Of a stretch of 42,068 nt of DNA, positions 27,115 through 41,677 are shown piece by piece. This stretch comes from an uncultured Gemmatimonadota bacterium. GTDB lineage: Bacteria > GCA-2686955. The number at the start of each line of letters is the position of its first letter. The stretch's first letter is position 1. The notes below the pieces were generated by a model that saw nothing but the letters and a program-made list of their open reading frames with translations, had not been told where the DNA came from and did not search any database. The stretch covers positions 1-42,068 of the forward strand of contig CAZBBK010000050.1 in the NCBI GenBank assembly GCA_964490075.1. The letters are read 5' to 3'. Made by a program: the position numbers and the translations under genes.

Positions 27115-27591
27115 CTACCCCTCGCAGGTTCCGATGTCTTCGGTCGAAAGCCGCTGGAGTATTTCTGTCTCTTGTTGTTCGTGGCGGGCGAGCTCGTCCA
27201 GCGCGTGGCGCGCCTGGGCGACGATCTCGGTCGCATCCGAGCCGCCCTGAGCCGCGCAGCGGACCACGCCGGAGAGTAGGGCGTCCAGCTCGGCGACGAT
27301 CGATCCGTGCTCGCGGCGAAAGCCTTCGAGGCGATCCGAAGCTCGCGGATACTGGCGCTCGAACTGTTCGAAGAGCCCCGAGCACTCCTCGGCCTGAAAA
27401 TGCGTCGCGACCGCGTCGCGCAGGCCCGCGATCGCCGGCTCCAGCCCGCCCAGCCAACGCTTCGCCTGCCGCGCATCGGCCATGGTCGGGGCGGCCGCCA
27501 GAGAGCTTCGAATCGCGGCGATGAGCGCGCGGATTCGCAGGTGCTCGGCCTGTGCCTGGTCGGCGGCCGAAGGGGTCGGTTGTTCACTCAT
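27115..27591 (-). CDS. Hemerythrin-like (HHE cation-binding) domain protein
   Basis: Helical protein with 'EH', 'HFQAEE', 'EH' and 'HEQQE' metal-ligand pattern. Confidence 0.75.
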   Translation of the reverse strand: MSEQPTPSAADQAQAEHLRIRALIAAIRSSLAAAPTMADARQAKRWLGGLEPAIAGLRDAVATHFQAEECSGLFEQFERQYPRASDRLEGFRREHGSIVAELDALLSGVVRCAAQGGSDATEIVAQARHALDELARHEQQETEILQRLSTEDIGTCEG

Positions 27592-27724
27592 GGGAGCCTC
27601 CGCGGGATCGGTGCCGGCGCGCGGAGGCGCGCGGCGGCCTCATCGGCTACTCTACCCGCTGCCAGCCACTCGCCGCCCGCGAAAAGCGCCGCCCGCGCCG
27701 CCCCGGTCCCGCGAAAGGACCACC

Positions 27725-28735
27725 ATGAACCGCCTTTCGACCCTCGTTCTCGCCTTCGCAACAAGCGTCTCTGCGGTCTTTGTCCCCACCCTTCCCCTCC
27801 TCGCCACCGCCCCGGTCGACTCGCTGCCGCCCTACCAGAAGCTCTGGGACTTTTCGGACCCGGCCGGCACGGAGGCCAGGTTTCGCGAGCTGCTGCCCCG
27901 CGCCGAGACTTCCGGCCGCACCGCTTACCTGGTTTCGCTGCTCAGCCAGATCGCCCGCAGCGAGGGTCTGCAGGGCAAGAGCGACGCCGCCCACGCCACC
28001 CTCGACCGGGCCGAGGCGCTGCTCACCACCACCACCGACGGCGACGAGATGAACCGCGCCCGGCTGCTCTATCTGCTGGAGCGCGGCCGCGCCCACAACG
28101 GCATCCCGGGCGCCACCGATGCCGAGGCCGGCGCGCGCAAGGCCAAGGCGCGTCCGCTTTTCTTGCGCGCCTGGGAGCTCGCCCGTGCCACCGGCCAGGA
28201 CGCTCTGGCGCTCGACGCGGCCCACATGCTCGGCATCGTCGACCCGCCCGAGTCGGCGCTGCAGTGGAGCCTGAAGGCGATCGCCCTGGCCGAGCAGACC
28301 TCCGACCCGCGGGCCCGCGGCTGGCTCGGTCCCCTCACCAACAACATCGGCTGGACCTATCACGACGCCGGCGACTACGCCAAGGCGCTGGAGTTCTTCC
28401 AGAGGGGCGTCGAGTTCCGCGCTCAGCATCCCGAGGGGGCGCGCGAGCTGCGCATCGCCAAGTGGGCCGTGGCCCGAGCTCTGCGCTCGCTGGGACGGGT
28501 CGAGGAGGCGCTCGCCGCCCAGCGCGCGCTGGGCGAGGAGTGGCGCCAGGCGGGCGAGGAGGGTCCCTACGTGATCGAGGAGCTGGCCGAGTGCCTGCAC
28601 GCTCTCGGTCGGGACGAGGAGGCCCGTCCCCATTTCTGCAGGGCGCATGACTTGCTCTCCCATGACCAGTGGCTGATCGCCAACGAGCCCGAGCGCCTGG
28701 CCCGCCTGAAAGAGCTCGGGCAGGCGCCCGACTAG
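27725..28735 (+). CDS. Secreted tetratricopeptide repeat protein
   Basis: N-terminal signal-like hydrophobic segment; TPR-like helices ('LTNNIGWTYHDAGDYAKALEFFQR', 'EELAECLHALGR'). Confidence 0.75.
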   Translation: MNRLSTLVLAFATSVSAVFVPTLPLLATAPVDSLPPYQKLWDFSDPAGTEARFRELLPRAETSGRTAYLVSLLSQIARSEGLQGKSDAAHATLDRAEALLTTTTDGDEMNRARLLYLLERGRAHNGIPGATDAEAGARKAKARPLFLRAWELARATGQDALALDAAHMLGIVDPPESALQWSLKAIALAEQTSDPRARGWLGPLTNNIGWTYHDAGDYAKALEFFQRGVEFRAQHPEGARELRIAKWAVARALRSLGRVEEALAAQRALGEEWRQAGEEGPYVIEELAECLHALGRDEEARPHFCRAHDLLSHDQWLIANEPERLARLKELGQAPD

Positions 28736-28741
28736 CGGCTC

Positions 28742-29617
<876 letters not shown>

Positions 29618-29684
29618 CGGGCGATTCTCCTTGGTCGTGGCTCAGCCTAGCGCGCCCACCCTTCCTCCGCCGACACTACGTGCA

Positions 29685-30404
29685 GTGAAAGATCCCAACC
29701 CTCTCGCCGACAGGCACCGGACCGGATCTCCCGACGCGCCGGTCGTGCTGCTCCACGGCCTGGGTCGCGGCCGCGCCTCGATGGCGCCGCTCGCCTGGCG
29801 TCTGCGGCGCGCAGGGCTGCGGGCCGTCAACCTCGGCTACCCCTCGCGCCGCCACCCGATCGACACCCTGGCGGCGGGTGTGGTCTCTCAGTTGCGCGAG
29901 CGTGAGTGGCTGGCTCCGGGTGGATCTCCCGCGGCCCTGCACTTCGTCACTCACTCGATGGGCGGGATCGTGCTGCGTGCGCTGGCTCACGCCGATGCCG
30001 CGGGTCCGACGCCGGCCATCGGCCGCGTGGTGATGCTCGCCCCGCCCAACCGCGGCAGCGAGCTGGTCGACTACCTGCGACACTTCCCGCCCTTTCGCTG
30101 GCTCAACGGTCCAGCCGGACTGCAGCTCGGCACCGACTCAGCGAGCGTGCCCTTGGCCCTCGGACCGGTCGACTTCGAGCTCGGTGTGATTGCTGGTCGT
30201 CGCAGCCTCAATCCGCTCTTTTCGCGCGTCTTCTCGGGAGCGAACGACGGCAAGGTCGCGGTCGAAGGGGCAGGGGTCGAAGGCATGAAGGAGCTGCTCG
30301 TGGTCGACCAGGATCATACCTTCATGCCGGCGCGCGCGGCGGTGGCGCACCAAGTGCTGCACTTTTTGCGGCACGGTGAGTTTCGGCGCGCCGGGATCAG
30401 CTGA
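29685..30404 (+). CDS. Alpha/beta hydrolase (lipase/esterase-like)
   Basis: 'VLLHGLGR', nucleophile motif 'THSMGG', 'LAPPNRGS', 'NDGKV', 'DHTF'. GTG start assumed. Confidence 0.85.
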   Translation: MKDPNPLADRHRTGSPDAPVVLLHGLGRGRASMAPLAWRLRRAGLRAVNLGYPSRRHPIDTLAAGVVSQLREREWLAPGGSPAALHFVTHSMGGIVLRALAHADAAGPTPAIGRVVMLAPPNRGSELVDYLRHFPPFRWLNGPAGLQLGTDSASVPLALGPVDFELGVIAGRRSLNPLFSRVFSGANDGKVAVEGAGVEGMKELLVVDQDHTFMPARAAVAHQVLHFLRHGEFRRAGIS

Positions 30405-31179
30405 GGAGGGAGCGATAGAGCTCCGTGCGCCGGTCCGCCAGGAACGAGAAACGCCGTCGCGTCTTCTTCACCTCTGTGGCGTCGACCGTGCCCGCCACGA
30501 TCGCCGGCCGCCCCGCCTCCGCCTCCGCCAGCACCTCGCCCATGGGATCCAGCAGCGCCGAGTCGCCGCTGTGCGGCATGTCGCCGCCGACTCCCACCCG
30601 GTTCACGCCGAGCAGGTAGCACTGCCCCTCGATCGCCCGTGCTCGCAGCAGCGTTTTCCAAGCATGGGCGCGTTTCTGGGGCCAGTTGGCGATCACCACG
30701 AAGAGGTCGGTGGCGGCGGCCGCCGCACCGAATACCTCGGGAAAGCGCAGGTCGTAACAGATCAAGGGGGTGACTCGAATCCCCTCCACGTCGGCCGTGT
30801 GGACTGCGTCTCCCGCGCAATAGTGTCGCTCTTCGCCGGCCAGGCTGAAGGGGTGGATCTTGTGATAGCGCAGCCGCTCCGTGCCGCGCGGATCGTAGAG
30901 CACGCAAGCGTTGCGCGGCCTCGGCCGGTGCGGCTCCACCAGTCCCGCCAGCACCCAGACCTGGAGCGAGCGGGCCAGGTCGGTCACGAAATCGAGCGTG
31001 GAATCGGCGTGGCCGGCGGCGGCCTCGGCATTCATCGTGAAACCGGTCGCGAACATCTCCGGCAGCACGATCAGCCGCGCCCCCGCCGCCGCCGCTTCGC
31101 CCGCGGCCGCCCGGGCGCGCGCGAAGTTGACGGGCGGATCTTCCCACGCCAGGTCGAGCTGCAATCCGGCGACGATCAT
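30397..31179 (-). CDS. Carbon-nitrogen hydrolase (omega-amidase-like)
   Basis: 'VLPEMF', 'YHKIHPF', 'ICYDLRFPE' (Glu-Lys-Cys triad); coupled to the upstream aminotransferase. Confidence 0.9.
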   Translation of the reverse strand: MIVAGLQLDLAWEDPPVNFARARAAAGEAAAAGARLIVLPEMFATGFTMNAEAAAGHADSTLDFVTDLARSLQVWVLAGLVEPHRPRPRNACVLYDPRGTERLRYHKIHPFSLAGEERHYCAGDAVHTADVEGIRVTPLICYDLRFPEVFGAAAAATDLFVVIANWPQKRAHAWKTLLRARAIEGQCYLLGVNRVGVGGDMPHSGDSALLDPMGEVLAEAEAGRPAIVAGTVDATEVKKTRRRFSFLADRRTELYRSLLS

Positions 31180-32333
31180 GACCGAATCCGGCGCAGCCGG
31201 TCCGCCGTCTCGCGAAGTGTCTCCATCTTCTTGCAGAACGCAAAACGCACCAGGCGCGCCCCTTCGGCGCGGTCGCTCTCGTAAAAGGCGCTGCATGGGA
31301 CGCAGGCGATGCGGTGCCGCTCCACCAGCCAGCGCGCGAAGGCGTGGTCGTCGCCGTCGAAGACATCGCGGAAGTCGGCCATGATGAAGTAGGTGCCGTG
31401 CGGGGTGGCGGCCCGCAGTCCCGCCTGATTCAGAGCTTGGACCAGGAAGTCGCGGCGCTCGGTGTATGCCTCGAGGAAGGGGGCGAAGTACTCTGTGTCG
31501 TGGTTGCGCAGGGCGCCGGCCATGGCGATCTGAAAGGGTGTGGCGACAGCAAAGGTGACGAACTGGTGCGCTGCCTGCGCGGCGTCGATCAGCGACTCGG
31601 GGCCGCAGGCCCAGCCGATCTTCCAGCCGGTGTAGGAGAAGGTCTTGCCGGTGCTGGAGAGGGTCAGTGTGCGCTCGCGCATTCCCGGGAGTGTGGCGAT
31701 CGGAATGTGTCGCGAAGGCGCGAAGACCAGGTGCTCGTAGACTTCGTCGGCGAGCACGGCGACGTCGTGCTCGCGGCAGAGCGCGGCGATCAGCTCCAGC
31801 TCTTCTGGTCGAAACACTTTTCCAGTGGGATTGTGCGGGGTGTTGAGGATCAACAGGCGCGTGCGGGTTCCGAAGAGGGCCGCCAGCTGGTCCGGGTCGA
31901 AGGAGAAGTCGGGGAAACGCAGCGTGCAGTAGCGGATCTTGGCGCCGGCCATGGCCACGCAGGCCGGGTAGCTGTCGTAGTAGGGCTCGAAGGTGATGAC
32001 CTCGTCGCCGGGGTTCAGCAGACCCAAGAGCGATGAGGCGATGCCTTCGGTGGCGCCGGAGAAGACCAACACCTCTCGCATCGGGTCGAAGCTCAGGCCG
32101 TAGTGGCGCTGTTGGTGGGCGGCGATGGCTGTGACCAGCTCCGGACACCCCTGCGAGCGCGCGTACTGGTTGTGCCCGGCCAGCATCGCGGCGTGCGCCG
32201 CGTCGATGATGTCGGGGGGGCCGCAAAAATCGGGGAAGCCTTGCGACAGGTTGATGGCGTCGTGCTCGGTCGCCAGGCGGGTCATCTCGGCGAAGATGGT
32301 GGTGCCGAAGGGGCGCAGCTTGTCGGAAATCAC
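31176..32333 (-). CDS. Class I/II PLP aminotransferase (YbdL/methionine aminotransferase-like)
   Basis: 'TTIFAEM', 'INLSQGFPDF', 'NTPHNPTG', 'DEVYEHL', 'STGKTFSYTGWKIGW'. Confidence 0.9.
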   Translation of the reverse strand: MISDKLRPFGTTIFAEMTRLATEHDAINLSQGFPDFCGPPDIIDAAHAAMLAGHNQYARSQGCPELVTAIAAHQQRHYGLSFDPMREVLVFSGATEGIASSLLGLLNPGDEVITFEPYYDSYPACVAMAGAKIRYCTLRFPDFSFDPDQLAALFGTRTRLLILNTPHNPTGKVFRPEELELIAALCREHDVAVLADEVYEHLVFAPSRHIPIATLPGMRERTLTLSSTGKTFSYTGWKIGWACGPESLIDAAQAAHQFVTFAVATPFQIAMAGALRNHDTEYFAPFLEAYTERRDFLVQALNQAGLRAATPHGTYFIMADFRDVFDGDDHAFARWLVERHRIACVPCSAFYESDRAEGARLVRFAFCKKMETLRETADRLRRIRS

Positions 32334-32416
32334 GGGGAGAACCTCGATTCGATCCGGACAAGGTAGCATGGGGCCGAATGCGTCGGCGCAACGCCCCAGC
32401 AGGGAGAGGTCCTCTG

Positions 32417-33157
32417 ATGACCGAATGGCATCGCGACGAAACCTTCTGGCGCACTTTCGCGCCCTTCATGTTCCCAAGCTCGCGCATCGACGCCGCCGCC
32501 GAGGAGATCGAGCAGGTGCTGGCTCTTACCGGCATCGATCGGGGGAAAGTGCTCGACATGGGCTGCGGCCCGGGACGGCACGCGATCGAGCTGGCCAGAC
32601 GAGGCTTCGAGGTCACCGCGGTCGACTCGACGCCGTGCCTGCTGCGAACCGCCCGCGAGCGGGCCGGCGCGGCGGAGGTCGACGTGGAGTGGGTTCTCGG
32701 AGATATGCGTGACTTCGCGCGTCCCGCGAGCTACGACTTGGTGATCAGCATCTTCACCTCCTTCGGCTACTTCCGCGGTGACGACGAGAACACCGCCGTG
32801 CTGGAGAGCTTCCGCCGCAACCTGCGTCCCGGCGGCCTCTGTCTGATCGAGCTGATTCCCAAGGAGACGCTGGCGCGGATCTTCCAGCCGGCCGGTGCGA
32901 CCCCCCTGCCCGGGGGTGCGGTGGTGTTCGAGCAGCGCGAGGTCAGCGACGATTGGTCCCGCCTGCGGGTCGCCTGGACCTTGGTGGAGGGCGACGCGGC
33001 GACCCGCTTCGAGCTGGATCATGCGATCTACTCGGCCCAGGAGCTGAAAGACCGGATGCGCGCCGTGGGGTTCGGCTCGGTGCGCTGCTTCGGCGGTCTC
33101 GGGGGCGACCCTTTCGGACCGGAGTCGCGGCGTCTGGCGGTGGTCGGAGGGAGCTGA
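32417..33157 (+). CDS. Class I SAM-dependent methyltransferase
   Basis: 'VLDMGCGPGRH', 'GDMRDF', 'FTSFGYF', 'LRPGG'. Confidence 0.9.
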   Translation: MTEWHRDETFWRTFAPFMFPSSRIDAAAEEIEQVLALTGIDRGKVLDMGCGPGRHAIELARRGFEVTAVDSTPCLLRTARERAGAAEVDVEWVLGDMRDFARPASYDLVISIFTSFGYFRGDDENTAVLESFRRNLRPGGLCLIELIPKETLARIFQPAGATPLPGGAVVFEQREVSDDWSRLRVAWTLVEGDAATRFELDHAIYSAQELKDRMRAVGFGSVRCFGGLGGDPFGPESRRLAVVGGS

Positions 33158-33184
33158 GTAGCCGACTCACGAGCTCTGGACTCG

Positions 33185-35206
33185 TCAACCCGCCCCGCCG
33201 GCCTCCTCCAGCACCCCGCGCAGCGCCCGCAGCAGCTCCTCGGGCTTGAAGGGCTTGTGCACCACCACCGAGCCCTCCGGATCGAGCCCGTGGTGGCGGC
33301 CGGTCTCGTCGGAGTAGCCGGATACGAAGACCACGGGCAGCTCCGGCAGCCGCTCGCGCAGCGAGCGGGCGAGGGTAGGACCGGAGAGGTCGGGCATGAC
33401 CACGTCGGTCAGCAAGAGATCGACCCGGCCGCCGAACTGGTCGAAGAGGCGCTGCGCCTCGGCCCCGCAGGCGGCGCGCAGCACCTGGTAGCCGTTGGTC
33501 GAGAGCACCCGCGCGGTCAGCTCGCGCAGGCCGTCGTCGTCCTCGGCCAGCAGCACCGTCTCGCCCCGCCCGCGGCACTGCTGCGGCGCGTCCTGGACCG
33601 GGGTCGCGCCGAGCGGCTCGTCGGTGGCCGGCAGGCAGATGCGAAAACGGCTGCCCCGTCCCGGCTCCGACTCGACTTCGATGCCGCCGCCCGCCTTCTG
33701 CACGATGCCGTAGACGATCGCCAGTCCCAGTCCGGTGCCGCGCTCGCGGACCTTGGTGGTGAAGAAGGGCTCGAAGATCCGCTCCAGCACCTCGCGATCC
33801 ATGCCGCAGCCGTTGTCGCTCACCTCCAGGCAGGCATGGTCGCCCGGCGCGGGGCTGAACCCGAAAGGCTCTTTGCTCTCCGCGCCGCCGTCGACCCTCC
33901 GCGCGGAGCTGCGGATTTCGAGCCGCCCCCCGTCGGGCATCGCGTCGCGGGCGTTGACGCCCAGGTTCACCAGGATCTGCTCGATGTGGGTCGGGTCGGC
34001 CACCACATGCGGCAGGTCGGCCGCCAGGCTGGTGTGCAGCTCGATCTGCTCGCCGATGGTGCGCCGCAGCAGCTGCTCGATGCCGCCGATGATCTCGTTC
34101 AGGTCGAGCACCACCGGCCGGCCGCTCTCCTTGCGGCTGAAGAGCAGAAGCCGCCGGGTGAGCGCCGCACCGCGCTCCGCCGCGCGTTCGATCTCCCTCA
34201 CGTCGGCCACCAAGGGATCGTCGGAGTCCAGTCCCTCGCGCACGAACTGCGAGAAGCCCAGGATCGCCGCCAGCAGGTTGTTGAAGTCGTGCGCCACCCC
34301 GCCCGCCAGGGTGCCCAAGGCCTCGAGCTTCTGCGAGCGGCGCAGGCGGGCCTCGCTCTCCCGCAGCTCGGCGCCGCGCTCGGCCACCCGCCGCTCCAGA
34401 TCCTCCTCGGTGCGCTTGGCCGCGCTGATATCGCGAAAGGCGCAGACCACCCCCAGCAACGCGCCGCTCTCGGCGTGCACCGGGTTGGCACGCGCGCTCA
34501 GCCAGATCCCCTCCGGCCGCCGCTCGTGGCGCACCAGGAAGTCGCCCGCCACCGGCCGCCGCTGCTCGAGGGCACGCGCCAGCGGCAGTTCCTCAGGGCG
34601 CGCGGGCGCCTGCCGGTCGGGATCGAGCAGCCCCCACGCCTCCGGCTCGGTGCGCGCCACCGCCACCCCCAGCAGCAGGTCGCAGGCCACATTGCTCAGC
34701 AGAACCTGCCCCCTCGCGTCGGCCATCACCACGCCGTCGCTCATCGCCCCGAGCACCGAGCGCAGGAAGATGTCGGACTCGGTCAGCTTGCGCCGGGCCC
34801 GCTCCAGCGCCCGCCGCCGCCGGTCCAGCTCCAGGAAGACCGACACCTTGCTGCGCAGGATCAGCTCGTTGATCGGCTTGTAGAGGAAGTCGACGGCGCC
34901 GGCCTGGTAGCCCTGGAACTCGTACCCCAGCTCGCGCGCGGTGGCGGTCACGAAGATGATCGGCACCGCTTCGGTGCTGGGGTGGCCGCGCAGCAGACGA
35001 GCCGTCTCGTAGCCGTCCATCTCCGGCATCCGCACGTCCATGATGATCAGCGCCAGGTCGTGGGAGAGCGCCAGCGAGAGCGCCTGCTCGCCGGACGCGG
35101 CGCTGACGATCTCCAGCTCGAGATCGCCGAGCACGGTCTCCATCGCCTGCAGGTTGCGCGGCTCGTCGTCGACCAGGAGGACGGCCGGCGCGCGGGGCTC
35201 GGTCAT
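33185..35206 (-). CDS. Hybrid histidine kinase (REC-PAS-HisKA-HATPase-REC)
   Basis: 'LLVDDEPRN', 'MDVRMPEMDG', H-box 'GVAHDFNNLL', 'NARDAM', 'FFTTK..GTGLGL', C-terminal 'TDVVMP'. Confidence 0.93.
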   Translation of the reverse strand: MTEPRAPAVLLVDDEPRNLQAMETVLGDLELEIVSAASGEQALSLALSHDLALIIMDVRMPEMDGYETARLLRGHPSTEAVPIIFVTATARELGYEFQGYQAGAVDFLYKPINELILRSKVSVFLELDRRRRALERARRKLTESDIFLRSVLGAMSDGVVMADARGQVLLSNVACDLLLGVAVARTEPEAWGLLDPDRQAPARPEELPLARALEQRRPVAGDFLVRHERRPEGIWLSARANPVHAESGALLGVVCAFRDISAAKRTEEDLERRVAERGAELRESEARLRRSQKLEALGTLAGGVAHDFNNLLAAILGFSQFVREGLDSDDPLVADVREIERAAERGAALTRRLLLFSRKESGRPVVLDLNEIIGGIEQLLRRTIGEQIELHTSLAADLPHVVADPTHIEQILVNLGVNARDAMPDGGRLEIRSSARRVDGGAESKEPFGFSPAPGDHACLEVSDNGCGMDREVLERIFEPFFTTKVRERGTGLGLAIVYGIVQKAGGGIEVESEPGRGSRFRICLPATDEPLGATPVQDAPQQCRGRGETVLLAEDDDGLRELTARVLSTNGYQVLRAACGAEAQRLFDQFGGRVDLLLTDVVMPDLSGPTLARSLRERLPELPVVFVSGYSDETGRHHGLDPEGSVVVHKPFKPEELLRALRGVLEEAGGAG

Positions 35207-35568
35207 GGCGGCACTCCGGATGGGTCGATACTACACCTGGGGAAACGGGTCGACCGTGGGCAATTGTCCCGGGCGTTTCGATGAGTCGCTTCTCGATCGA
35301 CGCACTCCGCGAAGAACCGCGGGCCCAGCGGGAGTCCGCCGGCCTCCGGGGCTCCATGCGCGATTGGGGGCGGTCTCGACAGCGCTTCTTCGCGCGCCCC
35401 CGCCCCTGCCCGATTCGGGCAACGGAGTCGGGTAGGGGCAGGTTCGTCGCGCGCCGGTCCCTCCCTGCGTAGAGGCCGGCCATATCGAAACCTCAGATCC
35501 CGGCGAACCCCGGAATCCACACCCGCACGAGGGCCCCGTTCCGGCGTCGTAGCATCAGGGCCGGAATC

Positions 35569-35735
35569 CGGTCGTAACTCCGCACTCTCGACCGAGAGTG
35601 GCGAGGTACGACGCGAATACGGTCGTGGCTCCGGGTTCTTCGCGATGAGCGGCGAGTTGTGGCGGATATACGGTCGTGGCTCCGCACTCTCGATCGAGAG
35701 TGGCGAGTTGTGTCGCGAAAGGGCGTCATGACTTG
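35569..35735. repeat. ~3 copies of a 51-bp tandem repeat with an internal hairpin
   Basis: CGGTCGT unit starts at 35569, 35620 and 35671, with a degenerate fourth near 35722; units 1 and 3 contain the palindrome CACTCTCG-N2-CGAGAGTG. Confidence 0.8.
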
Positions 35736-35906
35736 CGGTTCCGGCCGCGGAGCTGGGCTTTGTGTCGGGGCGCGGGCGCGGGCGCGGGGGAGCGCGCTCC
35801 GTCGCGGAGTGCGTCGCTCGAGAAGCGCCATGTCGAAACGCCAGGGGAGGCTGGCGACGCAATGCACCCCGCCCTCGACGCCGCACTCAAGTCGGCCGCC
35901 CCCCCC

Positions 35907-39187
<3,281 letters not shown>

Positions 39188-39191
<4 letters not shown>

Positions 39192-40207
39192 CGGGCCACC
39201 GCGTCCCCCAGCTCGACGACGGTCACCGCCGCCGGGCGCACCCGCCGCAGCGGCTCGCCGTGCAGCAGCCGCAGAAAGTCGGGCGGCTCCGATCCCTCTA
39301 CCAGGCCCGCGGCCAGCGCCCAGCGCGCCTCGTCCTCCATCGCCAGCAGCAGCTCCTGGCTCAGCCCCAGGCGCAGGTCGATCTGCCCCCACAGCTCGGC
39401 GACCCGCGCGGCGTCGATGCCGAGGCGGCGCGCCACCAGCGCTTGCGCTTCGCCCGGACGCGCGCGCGCGAAACGTTCGGCGTCCAGCACCCCCGCCACC
39501 AGCCGCCGCAGCGCCTCGCCACGCCGGGCGACTACGTCGGTCCCGGCGACCAGGTTGAAGCTCTTGTGGTAGAGACCCGGCTCGGCGAACACGATCGCGC
39601 CCTCACCCAACAGCCGCTCCGCCTCGCTCACGAAGGGCTCGCGCATCGAGAAGGCGTCGATGCGCCCCTCGGCCAGCGCCGGCGCCAGCTCTTCGGCCTT
39701 CATGAAGCTGAGCTCCACGTCGGCTTCAGTCATTCCGTGGGTCACCAGGAAGAGATGCAGAAAAAAGTGCACCGCGGAACCACGCTGGGTGGCCACCCCT
39801 TTGCCGCGCAGGTCCCCCGGCCCGGCGATCCCGGCGTCGCGCCGCGCCACCACCCGCGGCTCGTTGCCCGACGAGCCGACCGTCCCGAAGCAGGCGAAAT
39901 CGCTGCGCTCGAAGGCGCGAAACACCAGCGGCACCTCGGCCGTGGTCGCCACCTCGACCTCGCCGGCCAGGACCGCGTTCAGGGCGCGCTTGCCGCTCAC
40001 GTAGTCGCGCACCGCCAGCTCCAGCCCGTGGTCGGCAAACAGCCCCTGCTCCACGCCGATCACCATCAGCCAGTTGACCGGGTCGGGGGGCAGGCCGAGG
40101 CTCAGCGCCAAGGGTCCCGCGGCGGGCTCGGAATCGCCCGAATCGCAGCCCGCACCCGCGAGGGCCAGGGCGGCCAGCAGAGCCGGAAGGCTGCGCGCTC
40201 TCGGCAT
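39188..40207 (-). CDS. NitT/TauT (SsuA/THI5-like) substrate-binding lipoprotein
   Basis: Lipobox-like 'LAGAGC', 'GLFADHGLEL', 'DLRGKGVA', 'GRIDA..REPF'. Confidence 0.8.
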
Positions 40208-40234
40208 GGGTGGGCGCCTTTCGCGGCGGCCGGG

Positions 40235-41311
40235 TCAGAACCGAAGCTGGAACTGGAGCTGGATCACGTCGTCGTCGATCGCCTCGTCCGCCTCGCGCTT
40301 CAGCACATAGTTGGCCATCAGCTTGGCGTCGTGGCCGTCCACGTAGTAGTTGAAGGCCAGGGTGGTCCAGTCTATCTCCGCGGCCGCGCTGGGGGCGGAG
40401 CGATCGTCCGGATCGTAGCTCTGGTGGCGGACGAATGCCTCGATCTTGTCATCCACGAGCTCGCAACCCGCCTGTAGGAAAGCGCCGCTGGCGTCGAAAC
40501 GCGGATCGGAGTCCGAATCGGCCCGGAGCTCGGCGGCGATGTACTCCGTCTTGGCCGACCAGCGCCCCCAGCTCCCGCCCGCCGCCAGATCCCAGATCAG
40601 GCGCCGGTAGGGCCCCGCGAAGGGCATTCCCAGGTCGGACTGGACATACGCGCTGGGATCGGAGAGGTCGCCGCCGCGCGGCCGCTCCCAGAGGGCGCTG
40701 GCGTGCAGATAGAGCGCCTGGCCGCCGGCCCCGCTCGCGTCCCAGTCGAGCGCGCCGGCGTAGAGCAGTCCGGTGTCGTTGTTGGCCGTGACGTTCGGTC
40801 CGGCGCCGTTGTAGACCCCGAGCTGCCAGTCCAGGCGGTCGTCGGCCAGCGCGCCGAAGGCCTTGACGCCGATGTCGCGGCCGCCGGTCGGACTCAGCAG
40901 CCGCTCGCCGGCGCGGAAGTAGTCGAGCAAGTCGATGCGCCAGGCCGGCTGGACCTCCTCGTGGCCCACCGGCACCTTGAACTGCCCGCAGACCAGGTTG
41001 AGCTCCGACCCGAGCCGAACCCGCAGCTCGACGTCGAGCAGCGTGGGATCGACCGCCAGGCTGCCGGTGCTGCGCGCCAGGCTGAAGTGCAGCTTGTAGC
41101 CGAAGTCGGCCCCCACCTCGCCCACCGCCTTGATGCGCGCGCGGCGCACCCGCATGCTGGAAACGCCGGCCCCCTCGTCGCCCGCCACCCCGTCGTAGCG
41201 GAACTGCAGGAAGCCGTCCCAGCGCGGCGCCGCGTCGCGCGGGGCATCCTCGGCGGATGCGAGCCCCGGCAGCGCCGCCAGGAGCAGCGCCCCGCACGAG
41301 AACCTACTCAT
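40235..41311 (-). CDS. Outer-membrane porin (phosphate-selective OprO/P-like)
   Basis: Signal peptide, 'RVRRARI', 'GQFKVP', 'GRDIG', amphipathic beta strands and C-terminal Phe ('QLQFQLRF'). Confidence 0.8.
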   Translation of the reverse strand: MSRFSCGALLLAALPGLASAEDAPRDAAPRWDGFLQFRYDGVAGDEGAGVSSMRVRRARIKAVGEVGADFGYKLHFSLARSTGSLAVDPTLLDVELRVRLGSELNLVCGQFKVPVGHEEVQPAWRIDLLDYFRAGERLLSPTGGRDIGVKAFGALADDRLDWQLGVYNGAGPNVTANNDTGLLYAGALDWDASGAGGQALYLHASALWERPRGGDLSDPSAYVQSDLGMPFAGPYRRLIWDLAAGGSWGRWSAKTEYIAAELRADSDSDPRFDASGAFLQAGCELVDDKIEAFVRHQSYDPDDRSAPSAAAEIDWTTLAFNYYVDGHDAKLMANYVLKREADEAIDDDVIQLQFQLRF

Positions 41312-41606
41312 CGAGCTGACCCCGAACCGCGCTGAGCTTGTCCTCGATCCCCTGCTCCTTGTCGATGCGTGAGCCCAGGCGCAGGTTGGTGGAAATGCGG
41401 ACCGCCCCGCGCGCGTGGAGCTCCTCGTGCACCCGCTTGAGCGCCGCGAAGATGGTGTCATAGTCGCCTTCGATGTTGGTGCCGTAGCCGTGGAGCATGA
41501 CCGGCAGCCCGGTCTCGGCGAGGATCCGGTGCGCAAGCGCGACCTCTTCGCGGACGCTGGTTCGACCGGTATTCGGGACGACGCAGATGTCGACGATGAC
41601 TTTCAT
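41304..41606 (-). CDS. MTH1187/YkoF-family thiamine-binding protein
   Basis: 100 aa; 'VDICVVP', 'LHGYGTNIEGD', 'VHEELH..GAVRISTNLRLGSRID'. Confidence 0.85.
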   Translation of the reverse strand: MKVIVDICVVPNTGRTSVREEVALAHRILAETGLPVMLHGYGTNIEGDYDTIFAALKRVHEELHARGAVRISTNLRLGSRIDKEQGIEDKLSAVRGQLDE

Positions 41607-41677
41607 GGCGGAGGAGGCTAGCACGCCCCTCTAAGGGTCCGCGCAGTCAGGTTTCAGAGCCTCCACGCCCCGCCCTG

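Noticed and set aside
30397-33157. Aminotransferase, amidase and methyltransferase as SAM-AMP-related accessory genes
   Set aside because: These are common metabolic genes separated from the cas locus by glnA and others; nothing in the sequence links them to it.
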